From Polymyxa betae A26-41 (lineage: Eukaryota > Protista > Endomyxa: Phytomyxea): a DNA stretch of 64,000 bases. Shown in pieces: positions 36,640-49,694 of the stretch (the stretch's first letter is position 1; each line of letters opens with the position of its first letter). Where the stretch lies: NCBI GenBank assembly GCA_003693705.1, contig RBZT01000703.1, positions 1 through 64,000 on the forward strand, read 5' to 3'. The notes beneath the pieces are model-generated. The model worked only from the letters and a program-made list of their open reading frames with translations, ran no database searches and was not told the DNA's origin. The translations under genes and the position numbers were made by a program.

Positions 36640-38019
36640 ATGACGAATTTAGCCGTGGGACGACTGCTCCCGCCTGTAATCGAATTAGATGCACTTGATG
36701 ATCGCAGGCAGCCATTCCTGGCATTAGTCGGAAGCTCAGGGTTCCCTGGTGCCAATGTATCTGCCGATGTGGATACCATCCGGAGGTGGCCCTATCCCGT
36801 CATCTCGTCGCTGACCATGATGCAATTCTGGACGCTGTCAGCATGGCAGAAGGCTCGCATTGATGTCAGCGCCGCCGCTGGTATCAAACGTCCCTCGAGC
36901 ATTGGCGTTTTCATAATTGTCTGCCCTGATCGAGACTCCCGGTTCCGATTCGGCCTGGTCAATTCGGAACGCCTCGCAATCGACGCCTATGCTGAGAAAC
37001 AAATTAAGGAGCACACATTCGGTGTCGGTTTACGGCCCGATGGCGACGATATCTCCAGAGCCATGATCTCCTGGTCGGGCGTACTGGTCCCGAAGTCGAC
37101 CACCGCCCGAATGGACGCATTCTTCGGGCCCGATGGTCCAGGACATGCTTGGAGCATTCTGTCTACACCTCAAGGCCCTGACGGGCTCAGGCTGCGGTTT
37201 TCGATGGATGGATCGAAAACCGCGAAGCCGATACCCATGCTGGCAATGTCGCAACCGATATCATCTGGGCAGAGGGTTTTCCTCAGGCTGAAGCTGGATT
37301 CAGTGGAGGTCGGACTGGCTGTTGAGCCGAAGGAAGGGATGGCCGTTAACGTTGGCTTGCTGTCTAGCCATAACAAGGGGCTAGCTGTCAACCTGCGGTT
37401 TCAGCTTCGATTCTTCACTGTCACTCTCCCGATCTGGATCAGTAAAGATCCTCAAGATCTGCACACAACAATTATGTGTCTTGTAATACCGGCCACTCTC
37501 TGGGGCCTATGGAACACTGTTCCGCTTTTCACCGCTCGCAGACGTCAGCTACATGACGAGCGTCGAATGGCGGCTCATCGCAGTCTCGGTCTGAAGATTG
37601 AGAATCTACGCCATCGAAGACAGTTTGCTCTAGAGCAGCAACAAGCCATGAAAGCTGAAGCTGAAGCAAGACGTCGCGCAGAAGTGGCGAAAAGTGGGCT
37701 CATCGTTGAGAGCGCTCTGTTCTATATTGATGATGTTGATCCCGCAAGGGCGTCCACAGCGAAAAGGAGAGGTCCTGAGTTTAGTTCGGAGCTCGATGTC
37801 ACCATTCCATTGCAATTCTGGGTCAACGACTCAAAGCTGACAATCGCTTCAGCACCAAAACGGTCAATGCTTGGGTTCTACTGCCCATTTGCTCCCGGTG
37901 TGGATAAAGCTCGACCAAAGCTGCGAGTGCGTTATTCATACCAAGGCGCTGCCTATACCTGTACTGTTGCCGAATGTGAGCCTTTGAGGTTACCTGATAT
38001 AAGGCATTCCCGTATATAA
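36640..38019 (+). CDS. DNAJC11-like protein (beta-barrel region plus C-terminal DUF3395), no J domain visible
   Basis: GLIVESALF...LDVTIPLQFWVNDSKLTI...KRSMLGFYCP...KLRVRYSY. Confidence 0.75.
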   Translation: MTNLAVGRLLPPVIELDALDDRRQPFLALVGSSGFPGANVSADVDTIRRWPYPVISSLTMMQFWTLSAWQKARIDVSAAAGIKRPSSIGVFIIVCPDRDSRFRFGLVNSERLAIDAYAEKQIKEHTFGVGLRPDGDDISRAMISWSGVLVPKSTTARMDAFFGPDGPGHAWSILSTPQGPDGLRLRFSMDGSKTAKPIPMLAMSQPISSGQRVFLRLKLDSVEVGLAVEPKEGMAVNVGLLSSHNKGLAVNLRFQLRFFTVTLPIWISKDPQDLHTTIMCLVIPATLWGLWNTVPLFTARRRQLHDERRMAAHRSLGLKIENLRHRRQFALEQQQAMKAEAEARRRAEVAKSGLIVESALFYIDDVDPARASTAKRRGPEFSSELDVTIPLQFWVNDSKLTIASAPKRSMLGFYCPFAPGVDKARPKLRVRYSYQGAAYTCTVAECEPLRLPDIRHSRI

Positions 38020-38079
38020 ATAAATCTATAACAATGAAATGTCTAACTTTGTTTTCAATTTAGACATAATATCTCATAC

Positions 38080-38572
38080 ATGCCTGAAAAACATTTTTTA
38101 TCGAAGTTGTCGCTGCCACGCGGTTGCGGTTCTGTTTCAGTGGACTCTGTGCGTCTCGCTTCAGCATGTCCTGGAGAGTGCCAAGTGCATTCTCGTCGTC
38201 CTTATTATGGCTGGGACGTCATAACTCGCTGCCTTCAGCTCCCAATTTCACCCAATTTATTGCTTCCCTGTCTGGTATGGTTCTTGTGCTCGAAGGTGTC
38301 TATCTGTTCTTATGCTCTCAACATCAGGCCGGTTTATAGAATCTCCTTCACCGTACAAACTCCCGAACGGAACTGGATATCTCCCATTGGATCTGAATTC
38401 GGAACGCACACCTGATGATTTAGTTGTGGATATCCAAAAGAAACCATTCGACCGTCAGCAAATCATTGACATGTGGGCCGATAGCACTCTACGCAAGCGA
38501 AAGCTGAAGATGAACAAGCATAAGCGACGTAAGCGCAGGAAGGCGATCCGAAGCAAGACCAATCAAATTTAG
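38080..38572 (+). CDS. Mitochondrial ribosomal protein mS38 / Cox24 / AURKAIP1-like
   Basis: C-terminal ADSTLRKRKLKMNKHKRRKRRK signature; 5' exon uncertain. Confidence 0.75.
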
Positions 38573-38624
38573 TCGTCGGCAGCTACATCGCCCCATCTTT
38601 CGACATCCATCACACAATACAGAA

Positions 38625-39843
38625 TGGCCATTGAAGACTGTAGAGTTGACACGTTACTGATTCACAGAGCAGACAGAGCCTTCACTCTCGTTCCATGATA
38701 GTGGAATCGGCAAAAGCTTGTCATAATGATATTGTCAAGCTTTGTTGAATCTAGCTCTGTCGTGATCGGCATAATACCTTCCAGCTCAACACGATGTCTG
38801 CGCGGCGAGGTTCGTTTAGCAGAAAACGAGCGCGATCTTTCGATACCAGCCTTGGCCATAACTTTAGCATTCAGCAACCGAAGTAAGTGGTTGCATGGAA
38901 AATGTGTTAGAAAGCGTTGAAACAGATTTGCAGAAGCAAAGTTTTGAAACGGGGTTCTTCGTCTACCCGTGTAGAGATGGATTTCTTTTTTTATATATGC
39001 ATGGTAGTTTTCACTAAATCACCAAAGCCGCTTTCCAATGAGGGCCACTCTAGGTACTGGATCAGTCGAGTGCCACAAAGTTCAATGCATTAGCAATGTT
39101 TAAGCGGTTCCAGCAAAAGTACGAATAGAATTTGCAGCTGAATCCTACCTGAAGCGTTTTTAGAAGTCACAAGCCAAGAACAGGAGATAACTCTCTATAC
39201 ATGTATGCTTGCATAGTTATTTCCAGTAAAGTAGAAGTTCCTGCACATATGTTCAAGATTGATTGTTAACATGTGGCCTAGTTTTTCGAGAACACGCCTT
39301 ATCAGTTGAATGTCAGAAATGTTTGGAACTCTTATTTAAAAGGCGATGTTTCGTTCTCCTACAAAGATCTCAGAACTGCTGAGTGGGAGTGCCTTATACT
39401 ACTTGACTTCAGCATCGACTGCAGAATGTCATCGCCATATTTTTGGGCAATCGAAATGCTTGAGACATCAGAATTCGCCTGTCAAATATTAGCTAAAGTT
39501 AGTATGAAAAAAAAACGAAAGTCTAACTAACGCAATTGCGAAAACAGATAAACAGCCATACAGATGTTCTGCTAAGTCTTGCCTTACTACGATTCCAAGA
39601 TGTTACTCGCTCAGATTTCCGTTTGCTGGATGCAATGGTGATAACGATGATCATGCTTAACGGAGAATAGATACTAATGGGTTATATAGGCGTTGTATAT
39701 TGCTGTCTCTGCATTCGAGAGCGAATCTTCTTCGACAAGTAGAAAGTATTCTGCAGAGATTACCGAAAAGCTTGCCGGTCATTGTGATATATCAACACAA
39801 GACTTGGTCTCCAGCGCGAATCAAATGCTAGATGAATTAATGA
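38625..39843 (+). CDS. Cyclin-box protein, possibly CNTD1-like, multi-exon
   Basis: ATKFNALAMFKRF, YMYACIVISSKVE and DLRTAEWECLILLDFSI. Confidence 0.55.
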
Positions 39844-39922
39844 ATCCGATAGATTGAGTTTATATTACGATAAATTGTAAGTAAGCACACCGTTAAACCT
39901 CAATATACAGCAAATGCTTGCA

Positions 39923-40618
39923 TTAGCTAACCTTCTTTAGCCTCACAGCGATGTAGAAGCATACAGACTCGAGGACACATTGAATACCAATGATAGCTAT
40001 CAGCCAATTGAGATGTCTTTGTAGAATTCCAGCCATCACTGGTAAGCATCTGCCAGATTCGCATGATAACCGTGCTTGGACGTCTTCTTTAAATGTATCA
40101 TCTTTTCTGTTCCAGAAATTGAATATTAGCGACTTAGATCCAACTCTGTACGTAATTAAAGCTATGCAGATAGCGATATGAGTTAGAAAAATCGATAAGA
40201 AACAGATGCAGATCAGCCGGAGCCGAACTCGACTATTCAAATTCCAAATAGTCACTGCGAGAGGCAATGGTAAAACAGCTGGAACCAACGCCGCCAAGCA
40301 CAAGGAATATAATATATGATTGGATGGAAATGTCGTCATGACATAGCATGTGATGGCGATTGTAATAATTGCCATAAAGGTCAGGATCAGGGTCGCCCTG
40401 AACAATTTCGTGACACCGCTTGCTGGAATTCCATATACAAGCGAGGTCGTTCGGGTCCAGCGCTTCTCCTCCTGGCGGCGCAATCTGTACTCGTAGACCA
40501 GATAGCGCTGCGAGTACGTAATAGTGTCGTCATCGTCAATGTCGGCCATTGAAGTCGGACATTCGAAATACCAATCGGCAATCGCACTTTGAACTTTTAG
40601 CGAAAACTCACCAGACAA
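39923..40618 (-). CDS. Tetraspanin-like 4-TM protein
   Basis: Three TMs, an extracellular loop W..KDDTFKEDVQARLSC...CL, then a fourth TM; start uncertain. Confidence 0.55.
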   Translation of the reverse strand: MSGEFSLKVQSAIADWYFECPTSMADIDDDDTITYSQRYLVYEYRLRRQEEKRWTRTTSLVYGIPASGVTKLFRATLILTFMAIITIAITCYVMTTFPSNHILYSLCLAALVPAVLPLPLAVTIWNLNSRVRLRLICICFLSIFLTHIAICIALITYRVGSKSLIFNFWNRKDDTFKEDVQARLSCESGRCLPVMAGILQRHLNWLIAIIGIQCVLESVCFYIAVRLKKVS

Positions 40619-40662
40619 TTGCTAAGCAATGTAGTTTCGTTCAGGTGTATTATTACAGTATT

Positions 40663-41559
40663 CTATACCTCCATAACATCTTCAGATCGCCGCCGATTCA
40701 TTTTCTTATAAACAAAATAGCCGGTGGCAGTGACAAACAATAAACCGACAAAGGCCAGAACAACCATCCAGATCCAGGATGTGCTTGAATCTCCACTTCC
40801 AGGTTGGTCTTGTTGAAAGTAGTGATCGTCGCTCAAAGACTCAGCGACATTAAAGGTTTGTGCAGCATTTTTTTCTAATTGATCAGGATCTGTTTTAGCG
40901 GCGTCATCATCCGGTGTGGGCGATGAAGTCCCGGCTTTGAATGTTTTGATTTGATCGATGGCATAAGTCACTGTTGGAACTGTGAATGCTGTCAACGCTA
41001 ATGTTCCTTTGAAGGCCCAAAGTGTTTTGAAGAAGGTGGCAAACATCATATACGTCATATAGATAGCGAAATAGATGTTATAGAATCCCGAAGAGAAAGA
41101 TGACACCATCATGATTGTCAGCCACTTCTCCCTAATCAAGGTAAGAAATCTGACGATAGGTTGCGGCAGGGATAATCCTGAGCTTTTTTGAATCAGTTCA
41201 GCAACGAGCGGATTGCTCATTCCTGCCTCGACCATCTCAAACGTTGGCTGGACAGCGTCAACAGCCGCTTGCTCGACACGAGACCGTTCGTTGTCGTTAC
41301 GAGCGAAAAGATAGTTCTTGTAGCCTTGTAGGCGTTTGACAATCTCGCCCAGCCTGCGATACCACCTGCTGTTAGGCAAACTATTCTCTGGTGAAGACTC
41401 TGTGGTAGTCCTCTGTTCAGGGCTGGGAACTGGTCCGGTGGATTCTGGGACAGAACCAACAGTTGCATCCTGCTCTGTTATCTCAACACCATTTGTGGAG
41501 TGCAGCAGTAATATAATGACTAGGAGGGCAGAGAGCGAGAACTCCAACCTGAGACGCAT
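40663..41559 (-). CDS. Hypothetical membrane protein with signal peptide and C-terminal TM
   Basis: MRLRLEFSLSALLVIILLLHSTNG; internal hydrophobic segments; WIWMVVLAFVGLLFVTATGYFVY-KK. Confidence 0.6.
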   Translation of the reverse strand: MRLRLEFSLSALLVIILLLHSTNGVEITEQDATVGSVPESTGPVPSPEQRTTTESSPENSLPNSRWYRRLGEIVKRLQGYKNYLFARNDNERSRVEQAAVDAVQPTFEMVEAGMSNPLVAELIQKSSGLSLPQPIVRFLTLIREKWLTIMMVSSFSSGFYNIYFAIYMTYMMFATFFKTLWAFKGTLALTAFTVPTVTYAIDQIKTFKAGTSSPTPDDDAAKTDPDQLEKNAAQTFNVAESLSDDHYFQQDQPGSGDSSTSWIWMVVLAFVGLLFVTATGYFVYKKMNRRRSEDVMEV

Positions 41560-41830
41560 GTGTAACTTTGTCAGCCCGGAAGCAAATGATTTCACCGCAG
41601 GGACACCCCGCGCGGAAATTGAATGGATTTCTAAAGGGTCACAACCTCGGTCGTGAAGCGTGGTGCCATGGCTGGAAGTAACACATCGATCATTATTCCT
41701 GATTAATCCATTATGGGAATTGGGGCCCAAATGCCTTTTATAAATGTCACATTTTAAGTACAGTCATCGTCTGTCAAGACTCAACATTAAAAGGCGCGCA
41801 GCCCTCATTCCCCTTTATGCCAGTTGCTTG

Positions 41831-43345
41831 ATGTTTAGAAGAATCGTGGTCATTGCTGTATCGCTGCTGTTAGTACAGGCAGAACGAAACAACAATTGGG
41901 CTGTGCTTGTAAGAAGTGCTGTTTTAATAAATAGCTTGATGTGGACCCGATTTTCAGGTGGATACCTCGCGATACTTCTTCAATTATCGCCATGTGGCTG
42001 ATACGCTTAGCTTTTACCATACAGTGAAAGCTGCTGGTATCCCTGACTCTCAGATAATTTTGATGCTTGCTGATGATATGGCTTGCAATCCACGAAATGC
42101 CATGCCTGGTCAAATGTTTAATAATCGGGAGCACGACATCGATTTATATGGGAAGGTGCTCAGTTTCCATATTTGACATTGATAAATGTTAAGATTTTTC
42201 AAAAACCTTCAATGTGTCGATGTGGCTACGTTTTAAGCTTAGATTAGGACGTCGAGGTCGATTACCGAGGCACCGACGTCACCGTTGAAAACTTCATTCG
42301 CGTTTTGACCAACCGGCACAGCAAAGGCACAGCAAAATCTAAACGATTATTGACAGTGAGCTCCGTAGCAACTAAACTGATGTCCTGTTCAATTTGTTTA
42401 TACAGGATGAGTCCAGTAATATTCTAATTTTTATGGCTGGTCATGGCGGAGACGAATTTTTGAAGTAAGTTTGCTCGAACTCATGTTTTGCTATTTGGAA
42501 AACTTCTTTGCTTAACTCATGTTCAAACTTGAACTTTTGTACATCAAATTGTCTCAGTTTTCTCCTAGGTTTCAGGATTTGGAGGTACTATCATTGACGG
42601 TATTGGCAAGCCGCAAGTGCTCAGAATATTGCAGGAAATCACAAGTCAAGATATTGCTGATGCTCTTGATCAGATGGCGATTCAACGTCGATTCAATGAG
42701 ATTTTGTTCATAGTAGATACATGTCAAGCCAGTACGCTGTATACCAGGTTTCGAGCGAAGAACGTTGTCGGGATGGGAAGCAGTAGCAAAGGCGAGAATT
42801 CATACTCTCACCATAGCGATCCTGTTCTCGGCGTTAGCGTTATCGATAGGTTCACGTACTATGCTCTTGAATTTCTGGAGAAACGACTATCCCAAACGAA
42901 ATCTTCGAAGGCAACTTTGCAGGACTTTGTAGGTTACTTTTCGTTTCGATTGGATTGTTCTATTTCGCTTTGCAGAATATATTCTTTAATTAACTAAATT
43001 TGCCTGCAGACCGATCACTTCTCATATTCTAAGCTTCGGTCGAATCATAAAATTCGTGGCGATTTGATCAACCGTAACTTGTCGTCGATTCTGATTACCG
43101 AATTCTTTTCTGCTGTCACATCAATTGAATCCCAACCATATTTTTACCCAATCAAGGCGACGAAAACCGGTCATAACAAGCAGAATGAGGCTGAATTTGT
43201 TGCTGAGTCGACTTCAGAAAACGTCAATCCCGAATCTACATTTACAGAATTTGCTTCTCCTGAGCAGACACTATCATTGATTATTGTTATGGTATCTTTG
43301 TGTATATATCTCGATCGGAGATTTTTTAGCAATAAACAAGCATAA
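41831..43345 (+). CDS. GPI8: GPI-anchor transamidase catalytic subunit
   Basis: [42 protein letters not shown]-terminal TM. Confidence 0.96.
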
Positions 43346-43394
43346 AGGATGCAGAACTTGATCAAGTGATGATGACGCTCTGTATTCAACGTGT

Positions 43395-44124
43395 TTATGC
43401 AGTGAAATTTTTGACCATTTTTCGGTAATCTTCAATGTGCGATGCCACAGACAGATCCATGCTTTTGTCACCGATATTGACAACCAAACCTCCCAGAATT
43501 TCAGGCTGCACTTTCGTCTGTATCTCTAACTTCTCTCCTTGCTTCAGATGCTTGGACAGAGCTTTTTCAAGGGCTTTGGATTCATCTGCAGACATTGGCG
43601 CTGCGGTGATGACCTCAGCCACTACTTTGCCACTGTGCGCATCAACAATCTTTTGGAAGTCATGAGCAATGACAGCTAAATCTGGAAGACGCCCGTTTTC
43701 AACAAGGACACCAAGAAACCTCGAGGTCGTCTCGCAAACGTTCTTGCCGAACATCTTGTCAATTTTCGCTCTCTTCTCGTCCTTGTTAATGGTAGGATCC
43801 TACAGCAACATTATAAGCTTGGACAACTGAAGGATTTTTAAGTGATCCCGCACTGGAGAAACTGTGCAGTTTACAAGCGAATCCAAAAGTTAGAAAAAAA
43901 AATTGATCAAGCATTCTGACCTTAAGGAAGTCTTCGAAAGCGTCATTGGTATCAGCAAGGTTTTGAAGAGCAGATAGCTCAGAGGCGACTTTGTCAACCG
44001 ATTTGGCCTCAGCGGCAGCGTTATAAAGAGCATGGGCATAGCGGCCACCGACTCCAAACAATTGGATTGGAGACGAAGCGGCAGCCGACAAGCATCTTCG
44101 GCTACGAATCAATCGGCTCAGCAT
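43395..44124 (-). CDS. ATP5O: Mitochondrial ATP synthase subunit O (OSCP)
   Basis: PIQLFGVGGRYAHALY; ENGRL; KVQPEILGGLVVNIGDKSMDLS. Confidence 0.95.
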
Positions 44125-44373
44125 GATAAAGAAGGTGGCGACAGAGCACAGCCAAAGACAGATTATGTATGCCGGACATACGAGGAAACCCACACATACA
44201 GAGACACTGGGTCATAATTTCATTACTCGTTAGCCAGGCAGAGTGCTCAACAATGGGCCTATTTAGAAACAGAAAAGAGATGTTGATCGAGGATTAATTA
44301 CAAGGGCATATTTCAACAGCTGAACGCCAAGGTTTGTAATTTATAAAGACATTGATTTTGGACAATGAGATTT

Positions 44374-47300
44374 TTACAGATATTGATCAGCATTTCGCTT
44401 TAACTTGAATGGAACTGATCCGTCAATCGGGTTTTCTTTATCGACATATGCCTGCATTACAACGAATAGGCAAATGGTTCTCGATCCCCAATGAAACTTA
44501 CAATTTTGTCAATGACAACAGCATCGATACCGAACTTATGAGATATCTCTTGGTTGATGGGATCATTATTAGCATAGCTCCAAGTTGCCAAGACAAGACC
44601 AGCTGCCTTAACTGTGGTAATTAATTTAGGGGATTTTAACATTGGGTCGGCAAATGACACAATGCCAACCAGGTTCTGCCTTTTGGCAAACCGAACAGCA
44701 TCCCTGAGAGACTGGCCTAAGCAGTGTCAGAACATTGGCAGCATTATAAAGACCAAATCACCTCGAGGGTCCCAGCATGGCGCACTGCCAGCTTCTGTTA
44801 AGAAGAACACAGGATACGATGGCTGCTTCAGGCTGGCAAGGGTACATATATCAGGGTCGAATGACGAGAACATAATCCGACGAAATCCGGCATGATCAAA
44901 GACGACCTAGAAGCTATTACCAAATCAGGCAATGCATCGTTCCTAGCATACCTTTAATACTGCATCCACGTAATCATTTCTAAAGAAGGTGAATACATAA
45001 TGAATTTGATTGAAAACACAAATACCTCGAGGCAAATTTGCAGCCAACCTCAGCACGGGTGATGTCAGGCGGGTATTTCAGCTCAATGTTGAATCCAACA
45101 GTGGCGGGAACCCTACGAAATTGGGTTTGCTGGAAAGCTTCCGACAATTAACAAACTATTACTGAGAGAAACAATCTTTCAGTAGCGGGAACTTATCACG
45201 AATTTCGTTAGCTATAGAGTGAGCATTGACACTCATTTTCCGGCGCTACAATTTAGGTGAATTAAAGGAACATCAAAGATGCAATAGCTTACACGATGAT
45301 GTAGGTCGAGGTCATCTACTGTCTTCGAGCCGCGCTCTCGTGCTAATGTTCGCAATTCGTAAAACTGTTTCAGCGTGATGGAGGACACCGGAATTGGAGG
45401 AACCTAAAGAGTGTGATTTGCTGAACAAGAGTCTATTCATGCTAGAATGATTACACCGGGCATTCTGTGTAGATGGAAAGCCCAATCATGGTATATGATA
45501 GGGACAAGATCCATAGTTAGCTGAACATCGAACCTGCAAACACGATGCTGAGCTCAAACGTCCTATACCATAAATACGTACTCGATATATTCTGCACCTA
45601 AAGCAGCAGCAGTAACAAAACTCAAAATAGTGTTCTCTTGAGTTCTCAGCCTACACACGCTTCTCAGCCAGATAGGAACGAGAGTGAAGCACCACTATTA
45701 CGATTGCTGCGGCTGTTTTGACAGATAGCGAGTAGCACCGGAGCCACGATGCCCAATGATCTTGGTCGATTTACTAAACGACCTTCCCAAAACAGTCTTC
45801 ATATTTTTATGCAAAAGCGGCCTGGCAACCAGAAATTCGAAATTACATTCACCGACAGGTTCTCGATTGATATCACTAATCAATGGTATCGTATAATGCC
45901 CCTAACAATCAGATTAGAAGATTCAGGTTTGTGAATGATGTCAAAGCGACTTCAAGTTCTCTGAGCAAGCAGCTGGACATCACGGAGCCTGAGCCGATTC
46001 GGAATCCTTTCCCGCAAAAAACATTGAAGAAAATGCAGAACTGAGGAGGTTGACCGTCTTTGTGCACTCGAAGCTAGCAGAAGAAAATCAGCAGTTTTGC
46101 CAAAAGAGCGAATCTACGAACCTGAAATCTGACGGTCTCCATCTTATCATGCATAGGTAAAGGAATCTCTCGAGTGACTTTCTTGCCGCCAACCATATGC
46201 CCAATTTGTATCATATCAGGCTAACAGAATCAGAAACAATATAACCGGAAAAGTAAAATAAAGTTTACCGTTTCGGGACCAAACAGCCGAACAGGTGGGC
46301 GATATTCAGAAGCCGTAACATGGCCCAATCTGACGTGAAGCTGATAATCTGCAACAAGCCATCCTTGACTGGTCCAGCTTTCACCATCTTGATAACCGAA
46401 CACGCCATCATCGATAACATGGATTGAGTGAGAGGTCGGCTCAAACTGGAACAAAAAACTGAGCCCCCAGATCCAGTCGACATATTGGCGACTTACGATT
46501 CGATTGTTAGGAAGGACCTCCCAAATCTCCAGAACGTCTTCGTACTTGATAAGGTACTATTGGAAAGCGATGAGAAAGGAAGCCAGTTTGGAAAAGTGGC
46601 ATGAACCTTATATTCGATCCTTTGATTACGAGGATGGAGGACAGTGACCGTCCATGTGGATAGCGCGTCTTCGGTCGAGTCATTGAAGTCAGCTGGAACG
46701 CCGATATTAACGGCATGCATATCCTCAATTAAGGGAATAGCATGTGCAGGATCCCAAGAGCTAGATCAATGTCAATTCCAAGGATGCAACAGGAGCATGG
46801 TTCAGAACCCGAAACCTGGTGTGTCGCCGCAGATGCACCTATAAATCAGGGTTAGATGAAGACAAACTGCTAACGATGATATTTACAAATAACGTTCTGA
46901 TTGCACTCTGGCTCTGATGCGGAATGTAATCTAAGACCAAATCAGAAACGAGGACGAGAGGGGCGGTGTCGTACTCGAACTAAATCCTGATTCTCTAGAA
47001 CTTCAATCTCATTTTGTGCTGCAGAAGCGCCACCAATAAGTTCGTCACGAATGACGATTTGCGGCGAAACCGACGTCGACTAAAATTCCGATTTCAGATT
47101 ATCGATTCTTAGCAGCGAATTCTGAAATTATGACCTCATAATGGACCGATGACTGCTTCTTTGTAGGATTAAGCAGGTTCTGGTTGAGATCCGGTGGCTG
47201 GAACGAACCCGGTGGAGGCGTGGGAAACAGCTCAGCAAGCTCCAAATGGCCGCAATACAAGGCATAATCTCGAGGGGTCCAGCCGAGCTGATCTGTGGGT

Positions 47301-49315
47301 TCCCGGTTCACGCCCTCACGAAACAGAATCTGAACAACGTTGAAATTTAAATTCTCCTGATAGCATTTTTCTACCTCGACACATTTCGTATGCCCATGAT
47401 AGGCTGCAGTATGCAGAGGAGTCAGTCCTTCAATATCAGGAGCCGAAAGAACGATTTGCAAAAATTCATCCGATCCCTAAAACGCTCATCAAAGGCTGCC
47501 GGGAGTAAAATCATCAACCTACCATTCGACACGATTCTATAAGCAAACTTAAAACATCAGGATGGCCGTGTCGAGATGCCTCATAAACAGGAGAACGCCC
47601 AGTGACATCGTACGTGTCCGCTTTCGAGCCAGCATCAAGCAGAAGTCGTACGGCTTCCAGGCTTCCTTGCCTTCAACAATGCGTCAGGAGGTGACGACGA
47701 TCAAGAGCAATACAAAACCTGGCGGCAAAGTGCAGAGGCACCTGACTGTACCAATTAAAGCCATCAATGCGAGCTCCACTATCAATGATGACCGCAATAG
47801 CAGCAGCACTGCCGTTTCGAGCAGCAACGGATAATGCTGGATTCCTTAGAGAACGGTAAGATTCAATGCACATGCAATGGAAGCTTTGGGAACCCTTCCA
47901 TATCCCGGACGCTGAGTTTCGCTCCAGCATTAATCAGCAGCTTGACAATGGCAGCATCATCAGCCATAGCAGCGTAATGAATCGGGCAATGCAGCTCCAT
48001 GTCTTTACAGTTCAGCTCGGCCTGTTTGTAGATCAAGTTTTGATAAAAGAGCAGAAAAGTTCTGGTACATTCGCCTTAATAAGAATATCTACACATGCAA
48101 TGCATCGTGCTATTACTGCAGTATGCAGTGCAGTCCGATCTAGCCGGCCGACAGCTGAGACATTGGCCCCTCCTTGGATGAGAATTGACGCCATCTCAGC
48201 GAAACGATTATTACCTGAAAGTATAAGTTACGACGCAATCATACGAACAGTAATCAATTACACGCTATCAAAAGGGCAGTGTTTCCTTCGCTATCCATAG
48301 CGTCGAGATTTTTCACGAACTGAAGCAATTCTTTGACAGCAGCTACGTTGTTCTGTTCAACGGCATGAAAGAACATTTCTTGCAGGTCGATCCTCAACGC
48401 CGAACTGCTCAATCTGGCCCCTTCCGAATTCGACTGTAATGCGATCTGCAATCTGTTAACAACATGCTGCAAATCCATTGATGATGGCTACCGATCGTAA
48501 CAGATCAGTTAGCACGCTGGATCTCGGTCCATCAACTTCGTGGAGGCTCTTTCTGGAGTCCGAGCACCATTGCAGTAAACTGTCGACCTGGCTGTTGTCT
48601 TCATACTTTGTGACGATTGAAGCAGTAAATTCCTTCAAGTTCCCTCCTACAGAAACAGTTTAAGATTCGGATTACCAGAAAGGCGGAACAGACCAGGGCA
48701 CTGTTTATCATACTTCTTGGCGATTTTAGCGAAACCCTCTCGGTTAAGATCACAGAAGCTCCGAAGGTTCGTTAATTCCTGCGTTTTTTTAAATACAACA
48801 TACAGCTGAGCTGTTGGGTGTATTACCTGTTCCACGATACCAATGGCTTGCTCTAGAGAAATTTCTGATGCAGATCGCGCGGATTTAGGAAGAGATTCCA
48901 GTTCATTAATGCGATTACTAATGACTTTCTTCCGAACTTCCATTTGCAGTAATTTCGCCAACAAGAATGAATCCACTGCGAGCGAACCGGCCATCAGAAA
49001 AAATCCTGAAAAACGAGCAAACAGGTCACCTTTCTTCATTTCGCTTCTAATTCTATCCATGAACATCTGAATCTGCAACGCGAAATTAAGCGAGATTGAC
49101 GAAAAAAACAAATCTGAATTCACCTGCTTTGGTGTAGCATTCTGACGACCGTCTTTTTCGTTATGCTCTCGCGTCTGCTTGATGACGCCTTTCAATGTTG
49201 AATAAGCAATATATCGGTTTGTCCTGTTTATCAATATCAGCCAGCAAAGCCAGCACCACTCTTCCGGGTACCATTTCGGCAAGCGTTTGGTTCGAAGTTG
49301 CTGGCCAAATTTCAT
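44374..49315 (-). CDS. GDE1: Glycerophosphodiester phosphodiesterase with SPX, ankyrin, CBM20 and GDPD domains
   Basis: MKFGQQL...YIAYSTLK...LNREGFAKIAKKYDK (SPX); several GxTPLH ankyrin repeats; GSWDPAHAIPL...W...IEYKY...WE..PNNR (CBM20); IIGHRGSG, ENTILSF, FDVQL, NIELKYP and FSSFDPD (GDPD). Confidence 0.9.
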
Positions 49316-49694
49316 GCTGCTGTGCCGCTTTTACAGCACAGCTGCAATATAATGGCTGGTGTATGTAGTCGCCGTTTGGTCAGGTGGGATGGCGCGACCC
49401 TCTCTACTGTTACAACCCGGTCTCAGAGCTCGGACGCTAAATGCTATCGATGCATCTAATTATTACCAGCAATACGATGCGATCAAGGTCGCCAAGCGTC
49501 CGTTACGACGATTTGTCGACAGACTTCGACGAAAAAGTCCAGAAAGGATGCCGGGCTGCGCCCAGATAGGCAGAGCGGGCAATCCGGGTTCCAGGTGCGG
49601 CGGGCGTCAGTCATCGTGCAAATCAAAGGTTCTGGAGAATCTAGAGGCGTTGCCATATAGTAAGAATAACAAGGAAGAGAAATATAGTGTTAAA

